In this document: positions 1-8,276 of the stretch, piece after piece
Numbering within the stretch: position 1 is the first letter of the stretch
Layout of the letters: each line of letters starts with the position of its first letter
From: Acidimicrobiia bacterium
Lineage (GTDB): Bacteria > Actinomycetota > Acidimicrobiia > IMCC26256 > PALSA-555
Assembly (NCBI GenBank): GCA_038904515.1
Contig: JBCKKA010000002.1
Span: 1,215-65,214 of the forward strand
Direction of reading: 5' to 3'
Length of the DNA: 64,000 nt
The notes under the pieces: generated by a model
Told to the model about the DNA's origin: nothing
The model's input: the letters and a program-made list of their open reading frames with translations, nothing else
The model's database searches: none
Program-made: the position numbers and the translations under genes

Positions 1-917
1 CCGAGATTAGCCGGCGCATGGGCGACATTGTGCACGAGGCCGAGCAAATGGCGGCCGAAGGGGTGCGCGAAATAACTCTGCTCGGACAAAATGTTAATTC
101 TTACGGGCGCGACCTCGGTGCGGGTCAGTATAAACCCCAATTCGCCGACTTGCTGCGCGCCATTGATGCGGTCGACGGCATTAGTCGCATCCGTTACATC
201 TCGCCTCACCCCAAAGACCTGCGACCCGAGACCATCGCGGCCATGGCTGAGTGCGATTCGGTTTGTGAACACATCCACCTGCCGTTGCAGTCGGGGAGCG
301 ACTCAGTTTTGGCCCGTATGCACCGCGGCTATCGGGCCGAGCGGTACTTGACCCGCCTAGCCGACGCCCGCGCCGCCATCCCCGACCTCGCGGTAACCAC
401 CGATTTGATCGTGGGCTTCCCCGGCGAGACCGACGCCGAGTTTGCCGCCACTCTCGCGGTGGTTGATGAAGCCGATTTCGACGCGGCCTATACCTTTGTC
501 TTTTCACCCCGTCCGGGCACGCCCGCGGCCGAGATGGTCGACGATTTTGTGGCTCCCGAAGTGGTGCGGGACCGCATGGCCCAACTCACCGAAGTGGTGG
601 AGCGCAACGGAACGGCTCGGCATAAGGCTCGCATGGGCAAGGTGGAGGAGATTTTGGTGGAAGGGCCCGACAAGCGTTCGGCTCGGGCCGCCGCCCCCGA
701 CGCGCCGGTACGAGTCTCGGGGCGTACCCGCCAAGGGAAAATGGCGCATGTCACCGCCGACTTAGCCGCGGGCACGATAGCCACGGTGAGGATTACCGAA
801 ACCGCGCCCCACTGGTTGGCCGGTGAGTTGGTAGAAGTGGTCGCACCGGCACCGGCGGTAATAGCCGCGTCGGCATCGCTCCCAACCCGAGTGCTCATTC
901 CGGTGGTGGCCGGCTAA
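1..917 (+). CDS. miaB: tRNA-2-methylthio-N6-dimethylallyladenosine synthase MiaB, C-terminal part (5' end outside window)
   Basis: The frame stays open from nt 3, upstream of the ATG at 18. Radical-SAM/TRAM region motifs EITLLGQNVNSYG, HLPLQSGSDSVLARMHRGY and TTDLIVGFPGET. miaA follows 3 nt after the stop. Confidence 0.85.
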   Translation, partial: EISRRMGDIVHEAEQMAAEGVREITLLGQNVNSYGRDLGAGQYKPQFADLLRAIDAVDGISRIRYISPHPKDLRPETIAAMAECDSVCEHIHLPLQSGSDSVLARMHRGYRAERYLTRLADARAAIPDLAVTTDLIVGFPGETDAEFAATLAVVDEADFDAAYTFVFSPRPGTPAAEMVDDFVAPEVVRDRMAQLTEVVERNGTARHKARMGKVEEILVEGPDKRSARAAAPDAPVRVSGRTRQGKMAHVTADLAAGTIATVRITETAPHWLAGELVEVVAPAPAVIAASASLPTRVLIPVVAG

Positions 918-920
918 TAG

Positions 921-1910
921 GTGCGCGACACTCAGTCGGTCACTCAGTCGGTCACTCAGTCGGTCACTCAGTCGGTCACTCAGTCGGCTACTCAGCCGGT
1001 CACTCATTTGGCGTTGGTCGGGCCCACCGCGTCGGGCAAATCGGCGCTTGCATTCGAGATTGCCCGCACGCACGGCGACATCGAAATCGTTTCCATCGAC
1101 TCCATGCAGGTCTATCGGGGCATGGATATCGGTACGGCCAAGGCGTCGGTGGCCGAACGGGCCGAGATACCGCATCACCAGATCGATGTGGTCGACCCGA
1201 CCGACGATTACAGCGTGGCTCGGTTTCAGACCGAAGCGCGCGCCGCGGTGGCGGCAATCGCCGCGCGCGGTAACCGGGCGTTGTTGGTGGGGGGCACCGG
1301 TCTCTATGTACGCGCGGTGATCGACGACTACTGCTTTGCCGGTGAAGACCCCGTGGCCCGTGCCGAGCTCACCGAACGAGTGGCAACTCCCGACGGATTG
1401 CGGGCGGCCTACGCCGAGCTCGAAGCGCGCGACCCGGCCGCGGCGGGGCGGATCGAGCCCGATAATGTTCGCCGCATCGTGCGGGCCCTCGAAGTGATGG
1501 GTATCACTGGTCGGCCGTTTTCAGAATCGAGGCTGCCGCCGGGCGGGCCTACGGTGTTTCCCGTTGCTATTGCTGGAGTTTGGCTCACTCGGGCCGAACT
1601 GGCCGACCGTATCACCCAACGAATTGAGGTCATGCGCGAAGGTGGGTTAGTGGAAGAAGTCGATGCGCTCTTGAGTCAGGGCGAGTTGTCGCGTTCGGCC
1701 GCGCAAGCCATCGGCTACCGCGAAATCATCGATGTTCGCGCCGGTCGGCTCACTATCGACGAAGCTTTCACCGAAATGGTTCGCCGCACGCGGTCGTTCG
1801 CTCGCCGCCAGCGCATGTGGTTTCGCCGCGACCCTCGCATCACCTGGTGGGGCGCGCTCGATTCGCCGTCGGCAATTTTGCCCGGCCTGCTCGCGGCGTG
1901 GGCACAATGA
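921..1910 (+). CDS. miaA: tRNA dimethylallyltransferase MiaA (start uncertain: GTG 921 or in-frame TTG 1008)
   Basis: P-loop GPTASGKSALA, DSMQVYRGMDIGTAK and GGTGLY. The first 29 codons from GTG 921 consist almost entirely of the 12-bp tandem array. The stop overlaps the dapF ATG (ATGA). Confidence 0.85.
   Translation: MRDTQSVTQSVTQSVTQSVTQSATQPVTHLALVGPTASGKSALAFEIARTHGDIEIVSIDSMQVYRGMDIGTAKASVAERAEIPHHQIDVVDPTDDYSVARFQTEARAAVAAIAARGNRALLVGGTGLYVRAVIDDYCFAGEDPVARAELTERVATPDGLRAAYAELEARDPAAAGRIEPDNVRRIVRALEVMGITGRPFSESRLPPGGPTVFPVAIAGVWLTRAELADRITQRIEVMREGGLVEEVDALLSQGELSRSAAQAIGYREIIDVRAGRLTIDEAFTEMVRRTRSFARRQRMWFRRDPRITWWGALDSPSAILPGLLAAWAQ
929..1006. repeat. 12-bp tandem array, about 6.5 copies (CACTCAGTCGGT)
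   Basis: Head-to-tail copies at 929, 941, 953 and 965 are perfect. Copies at 977 (..GGC) and 989 (TACTCAGCCGGT) are variants, and a half copy runs 1001-1006. Confidence 0.95.
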
Positions 1911-2755
1911 AACTCAGCGTTAGTCGGTTGCACGCGACCCACAATGATTTTTTGGTCACGGTGGTGGCACCCGACGCCGCTTCGCCCGATGCCGCTACCG
2001 CGCGCGCGGTGTGCGATCGGGCCCACTCCGGCGGTGGGGCCGATGGTTTGATCGCGCTATTGCCGGGCACGGCCGGGGCCGATTGCACAATGGAGTTGCG
2101 TAACGCCGACGGTGAGTTAGCCGAAATGAGCGGCAACGGCATTCGCGGTTTGGCATGGGTGGCGGTGCGCGACCAACTCGCGCGCGGCGATCAACTTACC
2201 GTCGCCACTGCCGCGGGCACCCGCACCCTCACCCTCGACATCGATCCCGCTTCGGGATACCTGCGGTCAGCCACGGTCGACATGGGCGCGGCCACTTTTG
2301 TGCCTGCGGCGATTCCGGTCGATGCTCCGAGCGCCGACGACATCGCTTTTGATCTCGACGGCGTTGAGTATCGCGGCACCGCGTGCGGTATGGGCAATCC
2401 TCACTGGGTGATACTGGGGGCCGACCCCGCGTCAATAAATCTGGGCCGAGTAGGGCCGGTGTTGGAATGCGATAGTCGGTTTAAAAACCGCACCAATATT
2501 GAGTTTGCGAGGGTTATCGACCAATCCACAATCGTGATGCGGGCGTGGGAGCGAGGTGTGGGCGAAACCCAATCGTGCGGCACCGGCGCGTGCGCGGTGG
2601 CCGCGGTGGCGCACCGCGCCGGTTTGGTTGATAGCCGAGTGACGGTGCGAGTGCCCGGCGGGGAGTTAGTGGTCGAAGTGGGGGATACGATTTTACTCGA
2701 TGGTCCGGTGGTGCACCTCGGCGACGAAATTATCGACTTAAAGCGCGGCGGTTAA
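1907..2755 (+). CDS. dapF: diaminopimelate epimerase
   Basis: MKLSVSRLHATHNDFLV N-terminus, and both catalytic Cys contexts (MSGNGIRG... and QSCGTGACAVA). ATG 1907 overlaps the miaA stop. The longer track ORF from 1817 is treated as a spurious extension. Confidence 0.85.
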   Translation: MKLSVSRLHATHNDFLVTVVAPDAASPDAATARAVCDRAHSGGGADGLIALLPGTAGADCTMELRNADGELAEMSGNGIRGLAWVAVRDQLARGDQLTVATAAGTRTLTLDIDPASGYLRSATVDMGAATFVPAAIPVDAPSADDIAFDLDGVEYRGTACGMGNPHWVILGADPASINLGRVGPVLECDSRFKNRTNIEFARVIDQSTIVMRAWERGVGETQSCGTGACAVAAVAHRAGLVDSRVTVRVPGGELVVEVGDTILLDGPVVHLGDEIIDLKRGG

Positions 2756-2787
2756 GTGGATAGTAACGACAGTTACGCGCGGTCCTC

Positions 2788-4098
2788 ATGAGTCGCACCG
2801 GTCGTAATGCCCGACGGCTAACCGCAAGCGAAATCGATCTCGCGGTAACTCGCCAACTGGCGTTGGTGGTGGGCACCGCTACTAACGAACGCAACCGCAC
2901 CGAGTGCGAAACATCGCTAGCGGAGTTGGCGCAGTTGGTCGATACCGCGGGCGCCGATGTAATCGAGACGGTTATCCAACAACGCGAGCGTCCGCATCCG
3001 GCTACTTATGTAGGGTCGGGCAAGGCCGACGAGATTAAGGCGCTGGTGGCCGCGCTCGACATCGATGTGGTGATTTTCGACGACGAGTTAGCGCCCAATC
3101 AGCAGCGCAACCTCGAAAAAATTCTCGCCTGCGATGTAGTCGATCGCACCGCGCTGATCCTCGACATCTTTGCTCAGCACGCCACCACCCAAGAGGGCAT
3201 GGTGCAAGTGGAGTTGGCGCAGTTGCGTTACCGCATGCCTCGTTTGAGTGGTCGGGGAGTGCAGTTGAGTCAGCAGGGCGGCGGGATCGGCACTCGGGGT
3301 CCGGGGGAAACTCTTCACGAAATGGATCGGCGCCGTATTCGCACCCGCATGGCCCAACTCGAACGCGAACTCGACCGGTTGGCCCGCACCCGCGCCACCC
3401 AACGCAAAGCCCGCCACCGCAATCGCGTACCGGTTGTGGCCCTTGTGGGATATACCAATGCGGGCAAGTCGACCCTGCTCAACCGCATCACCGCGGCCGA
3501 GGTTTATGTGGAGAACCGGCTGTTCTCCACCCTCGACCCGACCACCCGTAAATTGGTGTTGCCCGGCGGGCAGGTGGTGTTGTGTTCCGACACGGTGGGA
3601 TTTTTGCGCCGGTTGCCCCATCAGTTGGTGGAGGCATTTCGCTCCACCCTCGAAGAAGTGGCCGTGGCCGACCTGCTGGTGCACGTGATCGACGCCAGTG
3701 CGCCCGATACCGAAGATCAGATCAGGGCGGTGCGCAGTGTGCTTAAAGAAATCGGTGCCGACGCGGTGCCCGAGCTTCGAGTGCTCAACAAAATCGACGC
3801 CGCGTCTCCCGACCAAGTGCTCTACCGGCAAACCGCCGACTCCCTCGGGGTCTCGGCCCGCACCGGCGAGGGAGTAGAGAAGCTGGTAGCGGCGATTAGT
3901 GAAAAATTGCGGTCGCTGGGTGACATTTCCGAATACCTCGTGCCCTACGAGCGGGGCGATGTGATGGCGAGCCTGCATCGCGATGGTGAAGTGCTCATCG
4001 AAGTGCATTCCGACGAAGGCACGCGGGTGCGGGTGCGACTCGATTCGGCCGACGCGTCGCGCTACACCGAGTTCGCCGCCGACGCGTCCGAGTCATGA
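2788..4098 (+). CDS. hflX: GTPase HflX
   Basis: HflX N-domain followed by G motifs GYTNAGKSTLLN (G1), DTVGF (G3) and NKID (G4). Sits after miaA/dapF as in other actinobacteria. Confidence 0.9.
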   Translation: MSRTGRNARRLTASEIDLAVTRQLALVVGTATNERNRTECETSLAELAQLVDTAGADVIETVIQQRERPHPATYVGSGKADEIKALVAALDIDVVIFDDELAPNQQRNLEKILACDVVDRTALILDIFAQHATTQEGMVQVELAQLRYRMPRLSGRGVQLSQQGGGIGTRGPGETLHEMDRRRIRTRMAQLERELDRLARTRATQRKARHRNRVPVVALVGYTNAGKSTLLNRITAAEVYVENRLFSTLDPTTRKLVLPGGQVVLCSDTVGFLRRLPHQLVEAFRSTLEEVAVADLLVHVIDASAPDTEDQIRAVRSVLKEIGADAVPELRVLNKIDAASPDQVLYRQTADSLGVSARTGEGVEKLVAAISEKLRSLGDISEYLVPYERGDVMASLHRDGEVLIEVHSDEGTRVRVRLDSADASRYTEFAADASES

Positions 4099-5252
4099 GC
4101 GAAATCGGCGGCTTCGTACCGCCGCCCTATCCGCAGGCCCGGCTCGGGGAGTTGCGCGCCCGCGGCGCGGCGGCGCCCGGCGGTTTGGTCGACGCGTCGG
4201 TGGGTACTCCGGTCGATCCCGTACCCGAAGTCGCGCGGCGAGCATTTATCGACGCGGTGGCCACTGCGGCGGGCTATCCCCCTTCGATCGGCTCACCCGA
4301 GTTGCGCGCCGCCGCCGCGAGCTGGATTGACCGCCGCTTCGGCGTGACGGTAAGTCCCGACGCGATTACCGCGTGTGTCGGCACCAAAGAAGCGGTGGCG
4401 AGTTTGCCCCGCTACCTCGCTTTGCGTACCCCGACTCGCGACACAGTTTTGTATCCCGAATTGGCCTATCCGACTTATGCGATGGGTGCCACTCTTGCGG
4501 GCCTACGCGCGATTCCGGTTCCGCTCGCCGCTAACGGAATAATCGATCTCGCTCGCGTTACTCCCGACGACGCGCACCGCGCGCTGGTGCTGTGGCTCAA
4601 CGATCCGTCGAATCCCACGGGGGTGTGCGCGAGTGCGGCCGAGCTGGCCGCGATGGTTGAGTGGGCTCAGGCCCGCGACATCGTGGTCGCGAGCGATGAG
4701 TGTTACGCCGAGTTCACTTTTAGCGCCGACGGTCAAGTGGCGCCGCCGGTTACCGCGCTGGCCGGCGACCACCGCGGCGTGCTGGCAGTGCACTCACTAT
4801 CGAAACGCTCCAATCTCGCGGGCCTGCGGGTGGGGTTTATGGCCGGCGACCCTCGGCTCATTAGTTATCTCGGCGAGGTGCGTCGGCACGCGGGGCTCAT
4901 GGTGGCGGCTCCGGTCCAGGCCGCGGCCACCGCGGCCCTCGGTGACGACGCCCATGTGGCCGAACAGCGGGAGCGTTACCAACGCCGCCGGTCCGCACTC
5001 ACGCCCGCGCTCGAAGATTTTGGTTTGGTGGCGGCGGGGGGCCCGTCGACTTTCTACCTCTGGCTCACCGAACCCGACGCGACCGCCGACGCGACCCCCG
5101 ACGGCTGGGCCATCGCCGACCGGTTGGCTCGCACCGGATTACTCGTGGCGCCGGGCGATCTCTACGGCGTCGCGGGCGCGCCATTCGTGCGGGTGGCCTT
5201 GAGTATCACCGATGAACAAATCGACCTCACCGTGGCCCGCTTGCGGTCATGA
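4095..5252 (+). CDS. dapC: class I/II aminotransferase, probable succinyldiaminopimelate aminotransferase
   Basis: LVDASVGTPVDPVP N-terminal motif, NDPSNPTG, and the SLSKRSNLAGLRVG PLP-lysine motif. Its 4-nt overlap with hflX and the downstream dapD support the DAP-pathway assignment. Confidence 0.7.
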   Translation: MSEIGGFVPPPYPQARLGELRARGAAAPGGLVDASVGTPVDPVPEVARRAFIDAVATAAGYPPSIGSPELRAAAASWIDRRFGVTVSPDAITACVGTKEAVASLPRYLALRTPTRDTVLYPELAYPTYAMGATLAGLRAIPVPLAANGIIDLARVTPDDAHRALVLWLNDPSNPTGVCASAAELAAMVEWAQARDIVVASDECYAEFTFSADGQVAPPVTALAGDHRGVLAVHSLSKRSNLAGLRVGFMAGDPRLISYLGEVRRHAGLMVAAPVQAAATAALGDDAHVAEQRERYQRRRSALTPALEDFGLVAAGGPSTFYLWLTEPDATADATPDGWAIADRLARTGLLVAPGDLYGVAGAPFVRVALSITDEQIDLTVARLRS

Positions 5253-5349
5253 TGGCGGTCATGATATTTGGATGGGTTTCTTCTGAAAATCCGTTACGCT
5301 CGAATCGGGCTCGCCGCGAACGGCGCGCACTCAACCGAAAGGCGCAACT

Positions 5350-6174
5350 GTGAGTGATTTAGAAAATCGGATCGGCGAGTTGTGGGCGGGACGCGAGACG
5401 CTCGCGGCTACCGATCCCGAGGCGCGCGCCACTATCCACGAAGCGATTAACGCCCTCGACTCCGGTGCGGTGCGGGTGGCCGAGTGGGCGGCCGACGGTT
5501 CGGTGGTGGTTAACCAGTGGTTGAAGCAGGCGATCCTGTTGTTGTTCCGCATCTCGGCGATGGAAACCATCGAGATGGGGCCGTTCGAATACGCCGACAA
5601 GATTCCGCTCAAGCACGACTACCAAAGCGGGGGCGTGCGGGCGGTGCCCGGCGCGTCGGCGCGGTGGGGGTCGTTCCTTGCTCCCGGCGTGGTGCTGATG
5701 CCGAGCTACGTCAACATCGGCGCCAATGTGGGGGCCGACACCATGGTCGACACTTGGGCCACGGTGGGTTCGTGCGCTCAGATCGGCGCGCGGGTGCACC
5801 TGTCGGGTGGGGTCGGAATCGGCGGCGTGCTCGAACCGCCCCAGGCCGCACCGGTAATGGTCGGCGACGACACCATGATCGGCTCTCGGTGCATTGTGGC
5901 CGACGGCGCGCGGGTGGGTACGGGAGTGGTGTTGGGTGCGGGCGCGATCCTCACCTCGTCGATTCCGGTGATCGACGCCGAGTCCGGCGAAGAAATCAGT
6001 CGGGGAGTCGTGCCCGACTGGTGTGTAGCGGTGTTCGCCACGCGCCCTCGCACTTTTGCCGGGGGCGAGTTTGGTTTGCCGTGCGTGCTGGTAGTGAAGC
6101 GACTGACTAAGGGCGAGCGCCACGAGAAATCACAACTCGAAGCCATACTGCGCGACCATTCCGTCGCCACCTAA
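5350..6174 (+). CDS. dapD: 2,3,4,5-tetrahydropyridine-2,6-dicarboxylate N-succinyltransferase
   Basis: 274 aa. The N-terminal helical domain (LDSGAVRVAE...WLKQAILLLFR) is followed by left-handed beta-helix hexapeptide repeats (GVVLMPSYVNIGANVG...). Colinear with E. coli-type DapD. Confidence 0.85.
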   Translation: MSDLENRIGELWAGRETLAATDPEARATIHEAINALDSGAVRVAEWAADGSVVVNQWLKQAILLLFRISAMETIEMGPFEYADKIPLKHDYQSGGVRAVPGASARWGSFLAPGVVLMPSYVNIGANVGADTMVDTWATVGSCAQIGARVHLSGGVGIGGVLEPPQAAPVMVGDDTMIGSRCIVADGARVGTGVVLGAGAILTSSIPVIDAESGEEISRGVVPDWCVAVFATRPRTFAGGEFGLPCVLVVKRLTKGERHEKSQLEAILRDHSVAT

Positions 6175-6285
6175 ATCGCGACAGCCGAAGTTTGCGCCCG
6201 CGGTTATCCGGCCACAGGCAGTTATTTACGGGGCAGCAGTTTGTGTCTGCGGTCACCCGGCCGCGGGCACCCGGCCGCGGTGAGG

Positions 6286-6915
6286 TTAGAACCGCCGCAG
6301 CAGAGTGACGACTTTGCCGTAGATGGCAATCTCGTTGGGCTCGAAAATCATGTCGTCCATAGTGGGGTTTTGGGGGCGCAACACGACTTTGTCCTGCTGA
6401 CGCACGAAGGTTTTTACCGTGGCTTCACCGCCAGGGATACCGGCCACCACGATGTCGCCCGATTCGGCGGTGGGTTGATGGCGTACGACCACATGGTCGC
6501 CGTCCATGATGCCGGCGTCGATCATCGACTCGCCCCGCACCCGCAGCATGAATAACTCGCCTGATCCGGTGAAGTCTTCGGGCATCGGGATGGTCTCCTC
6601 GATATTTTCTTCGGCGAGCACGCCGACGCCCGCGGCCACATCGCCCACGAGGGGAATGTGACGCACCGGCCGGCGTTCGACCGCCGCGCCCGAGGCCGAG
6701 TCGTAGATCAATTCCATCGCCCGAGGCTTGGCCGGGTCGCGCTTAAGAAAGCCTTTGTCTTGAAGGGCAACGAGGTGGGCGTGGACGGTGGAGCTCGAAG
6801 AAAGTCCGAGCGCCTCGCCGATCTCGCGCACGCTGGGCGGGTAGCCCCGAGTCCGGAATTCGGCATCGATGAATTCGAGGACCTGACGCTGGCGGTCGGT
6901 TAGTTCTTCACTCAT
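6286..6915 (-). CDS. lexA: SOS repressor LexA
   Basis: Winged-helix N-terminus (LTDRQRQVLEFI...GYPPSVREIGEAL), the cleavage-site region, and the Ser/Lys dyad contexts GESMIDAGI and TVKTF. SOS boxes lie upstream. Confidence 0.95.
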   Translation of the reverse strand: MSEELTDRQRQVLEFIDAEFRTRGYPPSVREIGEALGLSSSSTVHAHLVALQDKGFLKRDPAKPRAMELIYDSASGAAVERRPVRHIPLVGDVAAGVGVLAEENIEETIPMPEDFTGSGELFMLRVRGESMIDAGIMDGDHVVVRHQPTAESGDIVVAGIPGGEATVKTFVRQQDKVVLRPQNPTMDDMIFEPNEIAIYGKVVTLLRRF

Positions 6916-7003
6916 AGTTGAGGCTCCTAAATATCTATTTGGTATATTTATTGGGTTTTAGGGGCATAGGCCCGAGGTTTTTGCAGGTATAGACACCCTA
7001 ACA

Positions 7004-7078
7004 CGAATATATGTTCGGGGCGAACATTTGTTCTTGACAGGCGAACATTTGTTCTGTCATACTACGAACATACGTTCG
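7004..7078. promoter_or_regulatory. cluster of four LexA (SOS) boxes plus a sigma-70-like promoter facing the LysM gene
   Basis: GAAC-N4-GTTC type sites: 7004-7017 cGAATatatGTTCg (weaker), 7021-7034 cGAACatttGTTCt, 7042-7055 cGAACatttGTTCt and 7065-7078 cGAACatacGTTCg. TTGACA at 7034-7039 and CATACT at 7058-7063 (18-nt spacer) are overlapped by boxes 2-4. Confidence 0.85.
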
Positions 7079-7098
7079 GGCCCGAAAGGAAAAGATCC

Positions 7099-7503
7099 AT
7101 GACCACCATGACCACCAACCTCGGATTCATAACGACCGGTCCCGCGACCCGCCGTTTGAGACCGCGTTCGACCCCTCGGCGCGGTTCCCAGGTTTCTCAA
7201 GTCACTTATATTCGTCGCCGGGTGTTCGTGGCCCTGTTGGCATCAGTGCTTGTGGTCACGGTGGCCACGGCCGGTAGCGCGCTCGGAGATGCTCCCCTCG
7301 CATCCTCCGAGCGCACTCCGCCGGCCGGTCAAATTGCGACTTCGCCTGCGCACACGGCCGTAGTGCGGGCGGGGGATTCGCTCTGGTCGATCGTCTCGCG
7401 TCTGGCCCCCAATAAAGATCCTCGTCCACTAGTTGACGACCTTTCGCTGGCGCGCAACGGTGCCCCGTTGATCCCCGGCGAAACCATAAGTCTTGATCAA
7501 TAA
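7099..7503 (+). CDS. LysM-domain membrane-anchored protein, divergent from lexA
   Basis: N-terminal TM helix (VFVALLASVLVVTVATA). C-terminal LysM-like segment VVRAGDSLWSIVSRLAP...LIPGETISL. Same position as the SOS-induced LysM gene next to lexA in mycobacteria. Confidence 0.7.
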   Translation: MTTMTTNLGFITTGPATRRLRPRSTPRRGSQVSQVTYIRRRVFVALLASVLVVTVATAGSALGDAPLASSERTPPAGQIATSPAHTAVVRAGDSLWSIVSRLAPNKDPRPLVDDLSLARNGAPLIPGETISLDQ

Positions 7504-7535
7504 TCTCAATCGGTAATAATCCCAATCGGTAATAG
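7504..7535. repeat. 16-bp tandem duplication (TCYCAATCGGTAATAR) with a degenerate third copy
   Basis: TCTCAATCGGTAATAA at 7504-7519 and TCCCAATCGGTAATAG at 7520-7535, followed by TCCCTAATAACTCCC. Lies in the LysM-nrdR spacer. Confidence 0.8.
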
Positions 7536-7643
7536 TCCCTAATAACTCCCGAATTAACGGTCTAATTGACCGGTTCGACTCTCAAGGTATTTATGTTCAC
7601 TGATCCCATGATTTCTACCGTGCTTACGGGTACGGTGGTGCTT

Positions 7644-8105
7644 ATGAATTGCCCGTACTGCCAAGCCGACGACGACAAGGTTGTCGATTCGCGTCCCAGC
7701 GAAGATGGCGGCGCGGTGCGACGGCGACGCGAGTGTTTGGCCTGCGGTCGGCGTTACACCACCCATGAACGGCCGGTCGAACTTCCGCTGATGGTGGTCA
7801 AGCGCTCAGGATTACGCGAGCCGTTCGAGCGCTCCAAGATCACCGACGGCATCGAAAAGGCGCTGGCCGGAGCCGAAATTGCCCCCGCCGCCCTCGAAGC
7901 GCTCATCGATGGCATTGAAGAAGACGCCCGCGCCTCGGCCCCCGAAGTGTCGAGCGAACAGCTGGGTCAGGGAGTGCTGGAGCGATTGCGGGAGATCGAT
8001 GAAGTCTCCTACCTTCGTTTCGCCTCGGTCTACAAAGGTTTCAATGAAGCCGAAGATTTTGAGCGCGAAGCGGTTGAGCTCGCTAAAACTACCGACCCCG
8101 AATAA
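7644..8105 (+). CDS. nrdR: transcriptional repressor NrdR
   Basis: MNCPYCQADDDKVVDSRP...CLACGRRYTT zinc ribbon plus an ATP-cone. ATG 7644 was chosen because orthologues begin at the zinc ribbon. The track ORF from 7566 is longer. Confidence 0.9.
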   Translation: MNCPYCQADDDKVVDSRPSEDGGAVRRRRECLACGRRYTTHERPVELPLMVVKRSGLREPFERSKITDGIEKALAGAEIAPAALEALIDGIEEDARASAPEVSSEQLGQGVLERLREIDEVSYLRFASVYKGFNEAEDFEREAVELAKTTDPE

Positions 8106-8117
8106 TCCCTTCTAACC

Positions 8118-8138
8118 CCAGCCCATTTATGGGGCTGG
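8118..8138 (+). terminator. possible nrdR terminator hairpin
   Basis: CCAGCCC (8118-8124) pairs with GGGCTGG (8132-8138) across a 7-nt loop, 13 nt after the nrdR stop. No U-tract. Confidence 0.35.
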
Positions 8139-8146
8139 TGGGGGAC

Positions 8147-8225
8147 TTGACAAGAAGGTAGTTCCAGTGTTGTAATTTACCCTCTATGTAGGGTGGTCCG
8201 TACATGATATCACCATATATGGTAG
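8147..8225 (+). promoter_or_regulatory. nrdJ promoter with two tandem NrdR boxes
   Basis: TTGACA at 8147-8152, an 18-nt spacer, TGTAAT at 8171-8176. Two 16-bp palindrome-like boxes: 8179-8194 (ACCCTCTATGTAGGGT) and 8210-8225 (TCACCATATATGGTAG). Their centres are 31 bp apart, the usual NrdR-box geometry. Confidence 0.7.
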
Positions 8226-8276
8226 AAATATCCGCTACTATTTCATTCACTTATTCATACCGAAGGGACTTCACCA

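Noticed and set aside
3088-4008. 306-aa minus-strand ORF antisense to hflX. Similar long antisense ORFs occur at 5359..6123 (in dapD), 8271..9095 (in nrdJ) and 11167..11781.
   Set aside because: They lie entirely inside well-supported genes on the other strand. Their composition is His/Arg/Gly-rich and low in complexity, which is typical of shadow ORFs in GC-rich DNA. They have no motifs and no RBS.
6241-6285. Direct repeat CACCCGGCCGCGG x2 between dapD and lexA, considered as a terminator or regulatory site.
   Set aside because: Only the 6-bp self-complementary CCGCGG cores can pair, which gives a weak hairpin. It is too short to distinguish from chance in GC-rich DNA.
7572-7581. GGTTCGACTC, a tRNA T-arm-like string upstream of nrdR.
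   Set aside because: No acceptor stem, D-arm or anticodon arm can be built around it.
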